Part shown: positions 36,524 through 50,099 of the stretch, piece by piece
Numbering within the stretch: the first letter of the stretch is position 1
Layout: the number at the start of each line of letters is the position of its first letter
NCBI GenBank assembly: GCA_964270895.1
Contig: OZ185437.1
Length of the DNA stretch: 64,000 nucleotides
Source of the DNA: Podarcis filfolensis
Lineage: Eukaryota
Strand: one strand, 5' to 3'
The notes under the pieces: model-generated
The model's input: only the letters and a program-made list of their open reading frames with translations
Told to the model about the DNA's origin: nothing
The model's database searches: none
Position numbers and translations under genes: made by a program

Positions 36524-37436
36524 GTTTGTGCTGGAGGATGAAATAGCCACAGAGCATAAAAGCCTGAAAGGGGCAAAATATATTCCTATGTCCTCTGTTT
36601 CTTGCAGCAAGGAAATTCCACTTGTAATTGTCTCTCAGCAAAATACTGTAAGAAACATATTTCCTGAGGGAGAAGTAAATAAAAAAGGAGTATCTACAAG
36701 AACTTGGTTAAAAACAAAGAGCTTAATGTTCCAAAAACATTCTTTATCAGAAGATCTTGCTAGATTCTTAATGGTCTTTAAAAATCTGGATACAGGAAAC
36801 ATTATTTATAAATATCTGACATAGCATTTGGTCTCTGTAGGATAGAAATGCTAGCTGCTTTACAGTCAACAATTTTCCCACAGTTATTAAAATGTTGATG
36901 AATTCCTGTGCTTTGGGGTATAGGCCATAACATATATCTTCCTATAGAAGCAGGATTGGGGTCAGCAGGCTGGAAATGGCCACATTCCCAATCCTCTTGT
37001 CTCAAAAAGTATCACGATCCTATCACAACATGGCCTGAATGTGCTTGTAGTGCTGCTCTTTAAGTAGAGTTTTTAAACCCACAGGAAGAACTGAGATTTC
37101 ATGACTTGATGTGTAAGAGCGCACTGCTAGTCTGTATATCAGCATTAGCAGCTATTAAAGCATTAGAGAGGTGAGAAGCTATGTGAGCTTTCCCCTTCCC
37201 TTCCAGGCTCTTCAGAGGACACTTTCAGCGAAGGGCATGCATTGCTGTAGGCCAACTTTGGAAATGCTCACAGGAAGATGTGCACCTTCCCAGCACACCT
37301 GCTTGATAGCTAGAGAGTAGTGTAATGTTGGAGGGGTAGGGGGGAAAGATTCACAGGCACTTAAAACGACAAGTACCAGGGAGTTACAGGCTTCAGTGTA
37401 TCTATTAAGCAGGATTCCAGTAAAGTGGGTGAACCA

Positions 37437-38680
37437 TCACCACAGCATGTTATGCATTTTCTTTTCTTGCTGGAAACTTCCTTTTGTAAATTCTGCAAGA
37501 TATTTTGAAAGCCGTTGATCAGCAACTTGGCCATAGACCCAGCATCTACTGAACTTCCATTTTATCTGACCCTGCACTCCTAGGAGTGCCAGGTGGCTGG
37601 ATCTAGCCACCCTTTTAATTTTATTTAGTGCCCCCAACCTTGTGTCACTCACAAGCACCAGAGGAAATTGAAAGAGTTGCTGGGCATAGCTGCCCAGTGC
37701 TGCTTGGAATGCTGCCACTATCATCAGGTAAGTGTGCCAGGACTCACTGACAGGAGGGAGCTCACCAGAGGACACTTTGCCCAAGGCCCTCTCAAATCTG
37801 GAGATAGCACTAGATGGAATACCCCCTCTGGTGCTAACCGGAGTCATTTCCACCAGAAGATATTTAGGAGAGGCATTCAACATGCGTTGAGGGTGCACTG
37901 TCAACTGGTTCCAGAATTGTTTTATGTCTTGGAGACATAGTAAAGCTTTCTCTTTATCCACAAATAATAGTGGCATGAGTTTCTTGGAGTTTTCCCATTG
38001 TACTGTGGTGGCTTATAGTGTGTGGGAGGAGCCGTTCATCTCAATGCAGCAATGAGGTTGGGACTATGCAGATGCACCAATTAGCTGCAACAGCACATCT
38101 GCACAACCCTGGTCTCACCACCACCCTGCCCTTCCCAGTAAGTGGCAGTTACATCACCGCCAGGAGGCTATTGCTGTGGCTCCGTCCCATCAGACAAGAG
38201 GCCCCTGATACATGAACTATCCATTCCTCATTCCATCCTTGGAATCTGACTTGTTCAATATGTCCCAGTGACTCTGTTGCAGCAACTCTGTTCTAAAGGA
38301 TGTGTGGTTTAAGAATTTCACCAGGAGTTGACTCATTTGGTACTTCCCATGAACTAAAGTTGCAAGCATTCCTTATCACATCCTACATGCTGTGCATGAG
38401 GTCCACTTCCAGTCAATTAGCTTTCAGTTCAGCTGGGGCATTGGCCACCCTGACTTGTGACAGAGCTGCAGTGCTTAATGCAGTGGAGTGTTTTGTGCTG
38501 AGTGGTGGATCCCATGCTGTTGATGAGTTCCAAGTCCTAGGACTTAAATCTCTTTCTGCTGTCCATTTCTCCACCCTTGGGAATGCTTCCAGCTGAGTCA
38601 TTGATTGGAGCCAAACATCAGTGTCTTCAGTGCCTGACGTGGAATCTGATGAAGTGTGGTAAAGAGAGGCATCCAACTCT
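37437..38680 (-). mobile_element. Decayed coding segment, tentatively DIRS-type retrotransposon ORF1 (gag/LAP2alpha-like)
   Basis: 179-aa and 87-aa minus-strand ORFs with interrupted coding-like sequence between them. VAAFQAALGSYAQQLF resembles, from memory, the conserved (V/I)ANYQA.L..Y...L stretch of vertebrate DIRS ORF1. Confidence 0.35.
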
Positions 38681-40213
38681 GAATCACAAGGCCAAATAAA
38701 AATGGTCCATTTTTGAATTATTTATTGTAACCTGCAGTTTGAGAATTTAGAATCTAATCTTCAAATTGCTCTGCTGGCACTAGTCTCGGTGCCATTTTGT
38801 TTCTAAAAAATTCTTCTGATGTTTGCCTTCAACAGACCTGGCTTTTTATTTAGAGTATTTATTGAAGCTCCTGTCATGCTACGGCTAATCTTTGTGACCT
38901 AGCTTGTTTAAAATGTACATTTGTTTCATGCAGCAGATACAAAATTTGTAACCAGTGAGGCCATATTGATTTTGCAGAACATGTTTCCCCAAAGCTTCTG
39001 TAAGGTCTGAACAGTGCGCGGATAAACATGCGTGCATTCCCTTTTGTGCCCTGTCATTGATTAGAGACTTCTTTGAAATGGAAAACTTCACCTTTTAAAA
39101 AGGGTGTTACATTAGTTGATTCTTTTGCTTGCTTGAACTGCTTTTCCACTGAAGTTAGAGAGGGGAGGGGAGAGCACAAGGGCTCAAAGGGAAGGTGCTT
39201 GTCATTTACTGATAAAAACCCAAGCAGAAAATCGTTCCTGCCAAAGACACCTGATCCACAGGCATCTGTTACAGTAATTTAAACACTTGGCTTACTGATA
39301 TAAACGTTTCCATCTAAAAACACCAAGTGACCCTCCACTTTCAGAGTGTTTTTGTTCCTTCTAGCACTTTGTGAAACATTTTTCTCCTTCAAAGAAATGA
39401 ATGAATGCATGAACAAAAGACCACTAATATGTTTATTGCTCCTCGATATATTGTTAGTCAGACTTTCTGTGGAATTTGCTTGGCTATGTAAGATCTAAGT
39501 TTCACCGTTCTTAAATGAAAGCCACACAAACAAATTATTAAGTTTATACATAATATCATTCTGAAAGTGTGTGCATTTATTTTACCTTGTTATCAATGGT
39601 GGTTCAGCACCCAGTTGGGATTTTTCATCTTTTCAAGCCTAAGGGTGTATATATATATAATAGAACAGAACTTTCAAACAAACAGATTTTTCCTTTGTGC
39701 AGTTTGCATGTGTGTGGCACAAATACATGTGTATAATATAGTTCAGAATTTTTTGGGGAGATTTGGACATTCTGGTCCCTTCAAGTTTTTCTTTGCTGGC
39801 AGTAAGAGTGATAGATTGATGGCTTTTACAAAAGTTCAGGGAGCAAAATATAGGTGGGATAGTCTTGCTTCTTATCTCCCTTTGTACGACATTGGAACAA
39901 TTTCTAGAGTTTTATTCTGTGTTCATCTGCTTGATAGTGTTGGTGCCTGAGCCACATCTTACCTTCTCGTTGGGTGGTCAGGTCAAACAGGGAATATGAG
40001 ACATGCCTTACAAGAAAGAGGTAGACACTCAGGGTCATCTCTGACTTCAGTAGGTACCATGAGTTGCTGTTGCTTACTGGGAGGGGCAAGATGGTAGGGA
40101 TGCACCAGCGGAGCCAATCAGACACTCCTGCCGTGTGCTTACATCACCTTCTTCCACCTAGTAAACAGTGACACCCGCTCCATGCTGGGAAGCTAGCCCC
40201 ACCCAGCAAGTTA

Positions 40214-40474
40214 CTGTATTGGCCTGAATATAAGCCTCACTTTCCCCCCAAATTCTAACCACGAAAAGTTAAAATTCGGCTTAAATTCGCGACCTTACAA
40301 AAATTGGCTTTTACGATATCGCTGCTGTAACAGACATACGATAAAATGGAAAGGGTGTGGGTGCCCTGCGGAATTTTAAGGGAGCAGTTTATATTTGGGT
40401 ATTGTCCTTTTCCCCCCTTGAATTTTAAAGATGCGGCTTATATTTGGGTGCGGCTTATATTCGGGCCAATACGG
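40214..40474. mobile_element. Tc1/mariner (Tc2/Kanga-like) MITE with TA TSD
   Basis: TIRs CTGTATTGGCCTGAATATAAGCCTCAC / reverse complement CCGTATTGGCCCGAATATAAGCCGCAC. TA at 40212-40213 and 40475-40476. Confidence 0.9.
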
Positions 40475-42340
40475 TACTTCTGGTATATCCTTTATCATGC
40501 CTTGCTATACCTGGATATGTTCAAGGAAGCACCTAAGTTACAACAAAGTTAATTAAAATGCAGTGTACGATATATTTTCTATATATGCTAAAACATTCTC
40601 ATTTGGCATCCTCAGTGCTCTTTTTGGTTTGAAATAAGTACACCCTGGCTCATCATATTCAGATTAAAATAGTAGATAGGGAACTGCTAAAAACACAGAA
40701 TCTAATGGAAGCATTAAATGGTCTCATGCTGTTACTCTGGCACACACTATCATGAAGGGGATGCTTAAAAAGCCTTTATTTATTAAGGCAAATGTATATG
40801 GGTCAGAATTAATTAAAAAAAACTTTTAATTGTTCTCCCATTATAATTTTCACAGCAGTGTATGGTTAAATATTCATGATAATGCTGATGATATGCTAAA
40901 GGTCTGGAATAGGTCTGGAGTTTCAAAATCAACACAGGTTATTTAACCCTTTTCATCTGATATACCATCAGAGACTCGCTCAGTAAAATCCCAGAGCTCT
41001 GGAATAATTAGAAGAAAGTAATGAGGATTTAATTAGTCCTTGAGATGTGCTGAAACAGGACCATTGAGAACTTTTTTTCTGTTTGGACATGGATTGCAAG
41101 TAGAATTGATGCTATTGCAGTTGCTGTGATGTACTGGAAAATGTATTCTATTGCTAGAGGCAGTTTCATGGCACCATTCTGTGCCTGTCAGATCTGCATG
41201 GAAGGTACCCATCACGAGAGCTTCCGAAAACCCCTTGTCTTTGCCACCCTTTGCCAATATCCTGCTTTTCATCATTTCTCCTCTAGGGTCTTTTTTTCCT
41301 TCCCGTCATTTACATGTTGCATCTTGTGATAGCGTTTCATCTTGCTTTGTTTCTTGGTTTTTAAATGGAGGGGGAGAAGGGGGGGTACAAGTAGTGTGTT
41401 CTGGGGGGAAAATGTATTGCAAAGAATCACAGTGGGTAACAAATTGCAGCCTTATAGAATCCAGGTGTTGAGCTGAGCGAAACCTTGATCTATTTGACAC
41501 AGCTGCATGTAAGCATTATCTCAAAATCAAGTTTTTATTTAGTATTAGATCTTCACAGAAGTGATATTTATCAGTAGCTACAATGTAGTAAATTTAAATG
41601 GCTTTTTGGCAGTGGAGATTGTTATCCAGTAAGAAGCAGAAACAGATGGGATGTGATCAGGCATTTTGATGTTCTCTTTGTGCTTTCCTGCACACACATA
41701 CTAAACAGCAAACTGAATTTATGTAACTACAAGCTCTTGCTTTCCTTATTCCTTTTAATGTTATTTACTTCCATCATCTATATCCTGTCACTTCATCATC
41801 CATTTATTTTCATTTAATGAAACACAAAACATATTTATCTCTTTAGAAGTCATACGTACCACTTAGGGAATTTCCCTTCATATTTCCTATTCAGATACAA
41901 TTATGACTTAATACTGACATTTGATAAAGAGTATCTTTTCTCTGACATCTATTTGCCATCTTTAAAGAAGAGACAGAGAAAGAAAAATCCGAATCAAATT
42001 GCAACCAAAAAGCACTGTGAATAGTTTTTAAATCTTAAAAGGATGTTCTTCCTCCATTTTTATTGCATTTTAGGATTTAGCATCTGACCCACAGAAAAAG
42101 AGAATAACACTGTTCTTGTTATTATTTATAATTTTTCTTATGCATTTATTTTGTATATCTATCTCACCTTTTCTGCCACCCAAAGCAGCAAATAGAAGAA
42201 ATACAGTAATATAGCATTCATTTAAAAAAACACAAGTTAAACCTAATAAAATACTGGATCATTTGTTTAAAAGAAAAAAGTGGGATGGCTCACAACAGAC
42301 AAATAAAGTATGGTCAGAGATTAATGTTTTTCCACATCTG

Positions 42341-42349
42341 ACACACACA

Positions 42350-42396
<47 letters not shown>
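42341..42396. repeat. (AC)13(AG)15 compound microsatellite
   Basis: Direct reading. Confidence 0.97.
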
Positions 42397-42399
<3 letters not shown>

Positions 42400-45300
42400 A
42401 TATATAAAGCCTCTTTCTGGTAGTGTTAGCATGTTCATCCACAAGGTACCGAAGCCAATTTTATACTTTCTGTGTGTACTTCGTGATTACTCAACACTTG
42501 AATGGTATCAGTGCATTCCTAGAGCAGTATGGAAGCCACTACCGCTTGTCCAATCCCATTCTGCTCCAGGAAAGTCCATAGAGAAGAACTGTGAGTGTCT
42601 GCTGAGTGATTTGAAGCTTCCCACAGCAGTGTTGTCCCTCTCCTGGCATTTAATTGGAACCATTTTCCTTTCTACATATATTACCAGAACGGTGTAGCAC
42701 TAGACTACTGGGAAGAAGGTTCTATGTTGTTCCAGTAGCAAATAAACCTATAGTGAAAGCATGCATTACTGTTAAGAAGTCCTAGCTCACCAAAAGGGAT
42801 GCCTGTTTTTTAACATGCTGGGATAATTTACAGCAGCTTTCTAGAGGTAAATGACATGCAGCATTGATGCAACAACAAAGGAGGCCCTGCTCTGTTTCCC
42901 AGTTGTTCATCCCTTGTACAGAATGATGCAGCTCAATTCAAGGAAATATTTGTGTCCTTCCTGAGTCTGGGTTACACTGATTGAAGCAAGTTGGAGATTG
43001 GGGGTTTTGTATAACTGTGCTCATTTTTGTAGGTGCTGAATTTGCAATACCAAAAGATACGTGGAAGGTCACCTTTATTAAAGTAATCCCATAACGCAGT
43101 TGTAGCTTTATGTTTGAACTGGTTTAAACCGATTTCAGCTCCTAGCCTGTGAAAAGTTGGGAGTGATGTGGTACTTCTTTTCCTACTGGGAATAGTATCT
43201 GGTTTGAGGATTGCCCAAATAATGTTTGGTCCAGTTGCAGAGTACATATCAAGAGCTGGGAGTTTCTTCCTTTGTTCTGCAACCTTTAAAAGTGGTGTAA
43301 GAGTGCCAAACCAGCTCTATTCTTGGAGAATATGAGTGCCAATTTCAGCACCTGATGGATGTCAGTTTCAGATTGAATGTTGAATATCAGGCATATTATC
43401 CTCCCCAGCCAACTTCATATTTAGACTGAGTTGATTAGTTTTGGCATATGCTAAATATACAGCAGCTATGCCTTATTTCAAGAAGACATGAAATCGGCAG
43501 TGTCTACCTACAGAGAGACGGAGCCACCCTCATAAACTGCTCTGGGGCAGAAGACAACTAAATAACCACGTCAGCAGAATCAAAACCTAAAATCAAGTCT
43601 CTAGACAAATATTATCATCTAGCAGCTGGTTACTGGGGGTTTTTTCCACTTTGATAAACGCAGTTATATTCTTGAAGATGAATTTTTATTTACTTTAGCT
43701 AAATTGGGTTTTTTGTTGTTGTTGCTGAGACTGGGGAAAGGATTAGATTATATTTCTGCCTGTATACAATTGCTAACAATAAGACACCTCAGTAGAAACA
43801 TTTTTACACATTTTTTTTAGTGTCTGAAATCTCAGCCCCCAGGCTAGTACAGAAATAGGTCAGAACCATTCATTGGTAAAGGGCTTAACAAAGTGACAGT
43901 GAATGTTCCTATCACCAGGCTTCCAATAAAGTTTACTGAATCTGGTCGTTGTCCCTGGCACAGGTTTCCCTCATGAGCTGTGAAATTCATGGTTTCTCTA
44001 TTTTAACTTAAATAGGTAATACCTTGGATGATCTTTGTTAGGAAAGCATTCTTAAAACTATTTAACTGTTTATTGAAGATCTACAGCAATGGATTTCATT
44101 TGTAGGTCGACATATAGAATATAAGCTTAAAACAAGCTCTTTTTTAAAAGAATACCAACGGATTGCAAGCTGTAATACATTTTTTTTAGTGGGGGTTGGA
44201 AAACCACTGAAGTATGTGGGTGCCTCAAGGGGCCAAGCAAGGGCCTTTCTGCTCAGTTCTTTTCTGACTGCCACCTGAGCAGCATAAATGTCTAAATTTG
44301 AGCTCCTCTTTGAATTTGAGGCCCCCAGTCAAATGAGACCCCCATTGACCCTGCTCCTGTCTGAACCCCTAGACAGCCACTGCCTGTTAATATATTGAAT
44401 TAGATGAGTCAATGATATGAATCAGCTTCCTGAGTTCCCAAAAAGTAAGTTTTCTATTCTGTCTCTTCTGTCCAGTTTTGATGCTGGAAAACATTTATTG
44501 GGAAGGTGGTCTCCAGTCCTGTTATGCATCGTCACAGGACACACTTATTATCCAGGAAGACAGAGGATAGTATACCTTTGGTTCTGTCAAGAGTTGTAGA
44601 GCTTTCTTCTCTGAGCATTTCAGTGTGCACATACATATTCCGCAAAATGGGACTGCTCAGTAGATAGCTGGATAATAGTAGTGAAAGGGAAACAGCTCAA
44701 TATTCAAAAGGATGTTCCTGTTAGATCACTTTACATGGCATGGCAATCCATTGCACATGAGATAGCAGGCTAATGGCTTCAGGTCTGTCATTTCTTTGCT
44801 GCTTTCATTGTATTGACAAATGTCACTCATGTCTTTGTGTCTGTGCCCTTTGTGCATCACGTTACAATGTGTATCAGACAGCATTGGGCAAGATTTGCAT
44901 AAGGAAAGGTTTCCAGGCTACCATCTGGGTGATCTGTCTAATCCTTCCCCCGATTCCAATTTATCAATGATAGATGATATTAATTTCAAGACTAGACAGG
45001 AAGAGGGTAAAGAAGGGGGAGGGGATATATTTAAACATCATTGCCTGCCTTACATAGTTGAGGTTTTTGTCACATCAGAGAAAGAATTGGGAGAGCGATT
45101 CAGCCACTTAGCTTAATAGCACAGCTGGTGGAACAGTAGGGAGTCTGGGTTAAAGCTTTAGCTAGGTCATTATTTTCTGCCTTCACCAAAGCAATTCAGT
45201 TTGTGAAAAGAAATTGGCAAACAAACACTAAACATAGTATACAGAATTTAAGCATGTAGGATCTTATAAGAAATGAAGCATACTTCTCAAGTCCCTAGAA

Positions 45301-45705
45301 ACTTGGCACCTTGGAGAGGAGGTGAATTGGTATTACCAGCCTTTATAGTGGGAGACAAATTTGCTAAGGTGACAGGTTGTGTGACTATTATTTCACCCAA
45401 GCAACAGAGAAACATCTTTTGTTGAACTGGTGTGAAGAAACATGTCAATCATTCTGCACACAACAGCAGATGCAAACATGAAAATAAGCGGTTGCAATGC
45501 CAGTGAACCTTCACTACTTTCATACCGCCCAGTAGTGGCCACTGAAGTGCTTGAGTTTATATTAGCTAATGGAACTGCTCACCAAAAACACTCTTCGTTT
45601 CTGTAGCTGCTGTAGCATCAAAATAAAACAACAGCAAGTAGTGGGGTTGTTTATAAAAATTAATGTGACAAGTCAGGTTTGCATTAGCTGGTTTTCTTCC
45701 CATAG

Positions 45706-45733
45706 ACATTTATAGGGGCCCCCCTATAAATGT
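45706..45733. repeat. Perfect inverted repeat, 13-bp arms, 2-nt spacer
   Basis: ACATTTATAGGGG-CC-CCCCTATAAATGT. Confidence 0.95.
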
Positions 45734-47825
45734 AGTATTTGACATTTTGTGAAGTGGAAGATGATGTGTTATTAGGGGTAGTTAAGAGAGCACCCTGCCT
45801 TCACTTTCCACTGCTTCTTTGATTTGGTTCCAATTGATTTTGTAATGCTTCTTCCCATCTGCTGAGATGAGTGCATTGGTAATGCAAATGTTTAAAGATG
45901 GTGTTTTGTTAACAGTCCATTCTATCTACTATAAATATCATTCCCTGCACCCCTTGTATCCCGAGAAGATAAACTCCTGAAAATTTGAACCTCTCTTACT
46001 TACAACCGGCCTATCCATCTCCTCTTACATTTAAATTTACTTTTTGTTCTTTGACAGCAAGTTAAACAATCAGCTTGGCTTTCAGCTTACATATCAGTCC
46101 AATAGATCCTTTGCATGAAAGTTCATTGCATTTGTCATTTCATTACTGTTGGAGTGAAAAGTGTCTTATTACCAATATCATCTCAGTCTTCACGTTGTTC
46201 TGATTTGAACAGATTACTCTTAATATAATTCATGTATCCACACACCAAATAACACTGCACTCACTAGAATATCTTTATCACCCTCGTGTTTGATTCTGCT
46301 CATCCTGGAAATACAGTCATAGTCTGTTGATACGATCAGTAAGAAAAAGCAAATTGTCACTGAATACTGTTTGCTAAACATTGTCAGATTTGTTAGAGGC
46401 TGTGACTGTACTTGACAGCCAGACCACTTATTTATGTCCAAGTACATTGTAGCATTGGGGAAATGTTTGTATATTGAGGCAGTAATTTCTTCTAACTTCT
46501 GTCCTTTTGCTTATTCCATTTCTTTCCTGATTTCATAGCCTGTCGGTTTCTTCTTCCCTTTACATTTCCTTCCAAATCTCTATCTCCCATTTGTAATATT
46601 CAGTCCCTAGAGAGATTAATGCTAGGAAAGTGAAATTGCACCTCCCCTCCGGGAAAGTTGTACAAATTCAGCGTTTATTGGCACAATCCTTGGAGAAGAA
46701 AATATGAGTTCTGGTCTGAGCGATTCCTTCATTTGAACAATTCTCCTTTTGGACTTATACTTCCAGTGACTCTTGTCACTTCTGTTTCTACAGAAGCTAT
46801 ATACCTTCACTTAATGTTTAAAGTACTAGTTTCCTGTTCGTTAAGACTTGTCTAAAGAACAGTTTTACTCATGGCAGGCTTGGTATTGCAGTTCTAAATA
46901 AGGTCAGAGGCGACAGAGTGGTGGTGGGGAGGTACCGGGTAATCAAGTTTGAGCAACAGTTGTTCTGTCAAACTGTGCCACCTGTGCTAATCCTGCCAGT
47001 CCTCTTTCAGCTTCTTGGAGTAGCAAAGAGCAGACTAGTGCAGTCATCCTGAGGATTGCAAATTGCATCTGGGCTCCTGCCAGGCACTTATATAAACCCT
47101 TCCTCTAGAAGCACTCTCCTCAGCATCAAGGTGAACCCATTAAACATGAGCACCCAAACTACTATTTAAAAATGGATTGGATTCACTGAAGGTCACAAGA
47201 TATTTGCCTTAGTTCTCCACAAAACAAAATAATAAATTGCTGCATCTAAAATACCGTACCTTTACTGTTAGTTACGGTAAGTACTCTTGAGTGGTGCAGG
47301 CTGGTTGGTGTCTTAAATATGACCTTTGTGATCAGCTGCTACAACCCCAAACTCTTGGGATGACTCTCCAGAGAGCAGTAAAATGTCTAGGATAGGTAAA
47401 ACAGGTATTGGTATTTGATTGAATATTCATAATCTGTGTCCATGTCCATTAGCAGCAATCGTCAAAGATATTTGAATGCTTCTTCCACCACTTTCACAAA
47501 GCTTACAAGAAGTCCCCTTGTGCAATCTGTCTTAATGTCAATCTGCCTAGAATACTTAGTCCATATAACATTGATTGTTCTGCCTTCAAGGTAATTGCCA
47601 ATTCCTTGTTTTCTCAGCTTGTTTTATTTTAATATTAATCCATTATCTTACTATTGAATTTTACATGTGGAGTAAATTCCAAACCGCATAATTAGTATTT
47701 TGTTCACAAATGATGCCCTTAAGTAATGTCATGTGTTATCTGTGATTTGGAATTCTGCCGTGGATCAGCTCTCCATATATAATGATATGTGATACAAATA
47801 ACCATTGCCTTAAAACAATCTTCCC

Positions 47826-47938
47826 TAAGCTGGTGTCCTTGAGATGTTTTGAGCTACAACTCCCCTCAACCCAAGCCAGCAAGGGATGGGAGTTTTAGTC
47901 TAAACATCTGGATGGAGGGCACTAGGTTGGTGAAGGCT
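47826..47938. mobile_element. Diverged palindromic hAT-type MITE (22730 family)
   Basis: agatgttttgagctacaactccc...gggatgggagttttagtctaaacatctgga. Confidence 0.6.
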
Positions 47939-48050
47939 ATCTCAAACCAAAGTTTTAATGTTTTGTGGGGGGGTTTTGGTAAAGAAATGTTTGAGTTTTC
48001 CATGTGGAAGTCTTTAATTTGTTCCTGTGTTGTGTTTATTTCTCTTTTAG

Positions 48051-48230
48051 GTTTCCTGGCAGGCATTCAGAGAAACCCTCAATTGTCTCAGTACACGCCT
48101 CAGCAAACTGGACCATCTATGTCACCCCATCCTTCACCCGGAGGCCAAATACATTCTGGAATTGGTAGCTTTCCACAGAGCAATTCAAGTGGTACTTATG
48201 GAACTCAGATGAACCAGTATGGGCCACAAG
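48051..48230 (+). CDS. ARID1B: ARID1B coding exon (180 nt, phase 1 to 1)
   Basis: tctcttttag|GT and CAAG|gtaaaa. Encodes (G)[59 protein letters not shown](G). Confidence 0.97.
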
Positions 48231-48935
48231 GTAAAACAGATAACACATAAAATAACCAGCTCTTAATCATTCTTTAATAAATGCTATAGAACATTTCTTA
48301 TGCTGCAGAAATTTGTGTGTTTTTCTTTTTATATTTTTATAAAAAGACTACACACACACTCCTTTTATCTTTATTATTCCTTTGTGGATATCTTGAAAAA
48401 GAGTTATTATGAGAAATATTCTTAATTTTAAAAATACTAGCTGAACATAATTGAAATACAGGAGTCTACCCCCCATTTTTATTCTAAACAGATAGCAAGA
48501 ATTCATAAGTTCACAGCCTGCACAAAACAGCACCTAATATGTACCTCCGGTCACAAGTGTGCTTTCTGTTGCTTGTAAGAAGTTGGTTTAAGCCTGTTTC
48601 AAAATATCACATGGATTAATCTTCATCTCAGAGTCTTCCTTGGAAAGTGAACTCAATTCTGATTGCCTGCCTTGCATGGAACTCTATTCCCCTGGAAATA
48701 CCCCTCTCCCATGTGGACATTGGGGGCAGGGTGGAGGACAAACTCCCACGTTCTACCTCTACAACTTTTTGGAATTAATTTCTAGGAATTAAGATGAAGG
48801 GGTGGTTCCAGACAGAGCCAGCATAAACTTTCTTGGACACCTTCCAAGATCCCAGGAGACCCATGATCCTGCTGATTTAGGACAGGACCCACTAGAGGAC
48901 ACTTTTTCAGGAACCCCGTCAGAAAAAAGAATATA

Positions 48936-49360
48936 ATATCAATCAGTCTTTATTGTGGTCCAAGACCAGACAGCAAAATTAACAACAACAACAACAACAA
49001 CAACATAAGCCACAACAAATAATATCAGAATCAAACATCCATGTGAATATTTAATTCCAATACAGTTCTTCCTCCAGAAGGGTTTTTATAAAACATTGTT
49101 GTACAAGAAAATTTAACATTGGGCCAATATATAATAGACGTCATGTAGTTTTCTGGTCAGTTTTTATAGACCTTTGCAGTCACCAACAACATTCACATGT
49201 CATCAGGTTTTCAGAATTATTTTATTTAAAATAAAGGCCATATCTTTTGGGGCAGGGTGAGTGGAAAAGTCGATACTCATAATTTTTGTGATGAACTGTC
49301 CCACAGTTGTTAGGATCATAGAAGAACAGATTATGCAAGTCTTCATCTGCGCCTCCCAGC
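48936..49360 (-). mobile_element. Second, older RTE-X-like LINE 3' fragment
   Basis: Minus strand ends GGACCACAATAAAGACTGATTGAT, the same tail type as 19316. Upstream decayed EDLHNLFF resembles the E..H.L..C knuckle. Confidence 0.5.
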
Positions 49361-49932
49361 ACTTTTCACTCCTGCTATTATTCTAGCCACGGGTCAGCAC
49401 CACTCAGTTCAAAGAAATGTTGCCTTAATATATTTGATCCTAAAGTATGCTCATTCATTTGTGAGGGGAAGCTAGCTAGCTGGCAGCTAGCTGGTGTTGT
49501 TATTTTTAGCCGACAAGAAGCCTGCTTGCATTCAAGAGCTTGTGGGTGAAACATGTTCGTTAGCTCAGATCTTAATATCTGAACATCAGTAATTGGCAAC
49601 AGTACAGCTGAAACTTCCAAAATGTAGCAGATTTTTCTTGTAGAGTAATAGCCACTACTAATGCACTTAAGAGATATGCCTGGCTTATATCCATGTGGCT
49701 ATAAAACGATAGCAAACTGAAAGAGGAAGTGTCTATTGAAGGAGGTTGTCTCTTTTGACTAGCCCAGATGGTTCAGTTTACTGTTAGTTCATTGGCAATC
49801 ACCCCTTAATTCTGAAAAGGTATACTGCTTCTGTGATTATTCATTTACTTCTGCATCATACATAAGTTCATCCTTCTTATATGGGTTGTGGTGGTGCCAA
49901 CTCATTTTGAGTAGCTACTGGTTTGTCCAAAG

Positions 49933-50099
49933 CATAGGAGCCAGCTCTTTGGAACCAAAGTCCCTTCAACCCTGCCTCCTAGTAAATTATTTGAGGGGAC
50001 TACCCCAAAAAAAGATTGATGGGCACTGCCATTCAAATGATGCATGTGTGCCACATCTTGGAAACGACCCCCCATATTTTATTCAAGCTGGTACCCCTG
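49933..50099. mobile_element. 167-bp hAT MITE with perfect 8-bp TSD
   Basis: Ends CATAGGAGCCAG / CTGGTACCCCTG. TSD GTCCAAAG at 49925-49932 and 50100-50107. Confidence 0.9.

Noticed and set aside
37437-37520. Calling the 179-aa ORF a rhabdovirus, bornavirus or nairovirus nucleoprotein EVE
   Set aside because: Only short motif echoes (YLAEF, SFQQ..MH, IK.VA) with inconsistent spacing. Kept only as an alternative to test.
38153-38170. CTCF-like CCGCCAGGAGGCT (also ~50615)
   Set aside because: Mismatch at a central core position and poor 3' end; at background level.
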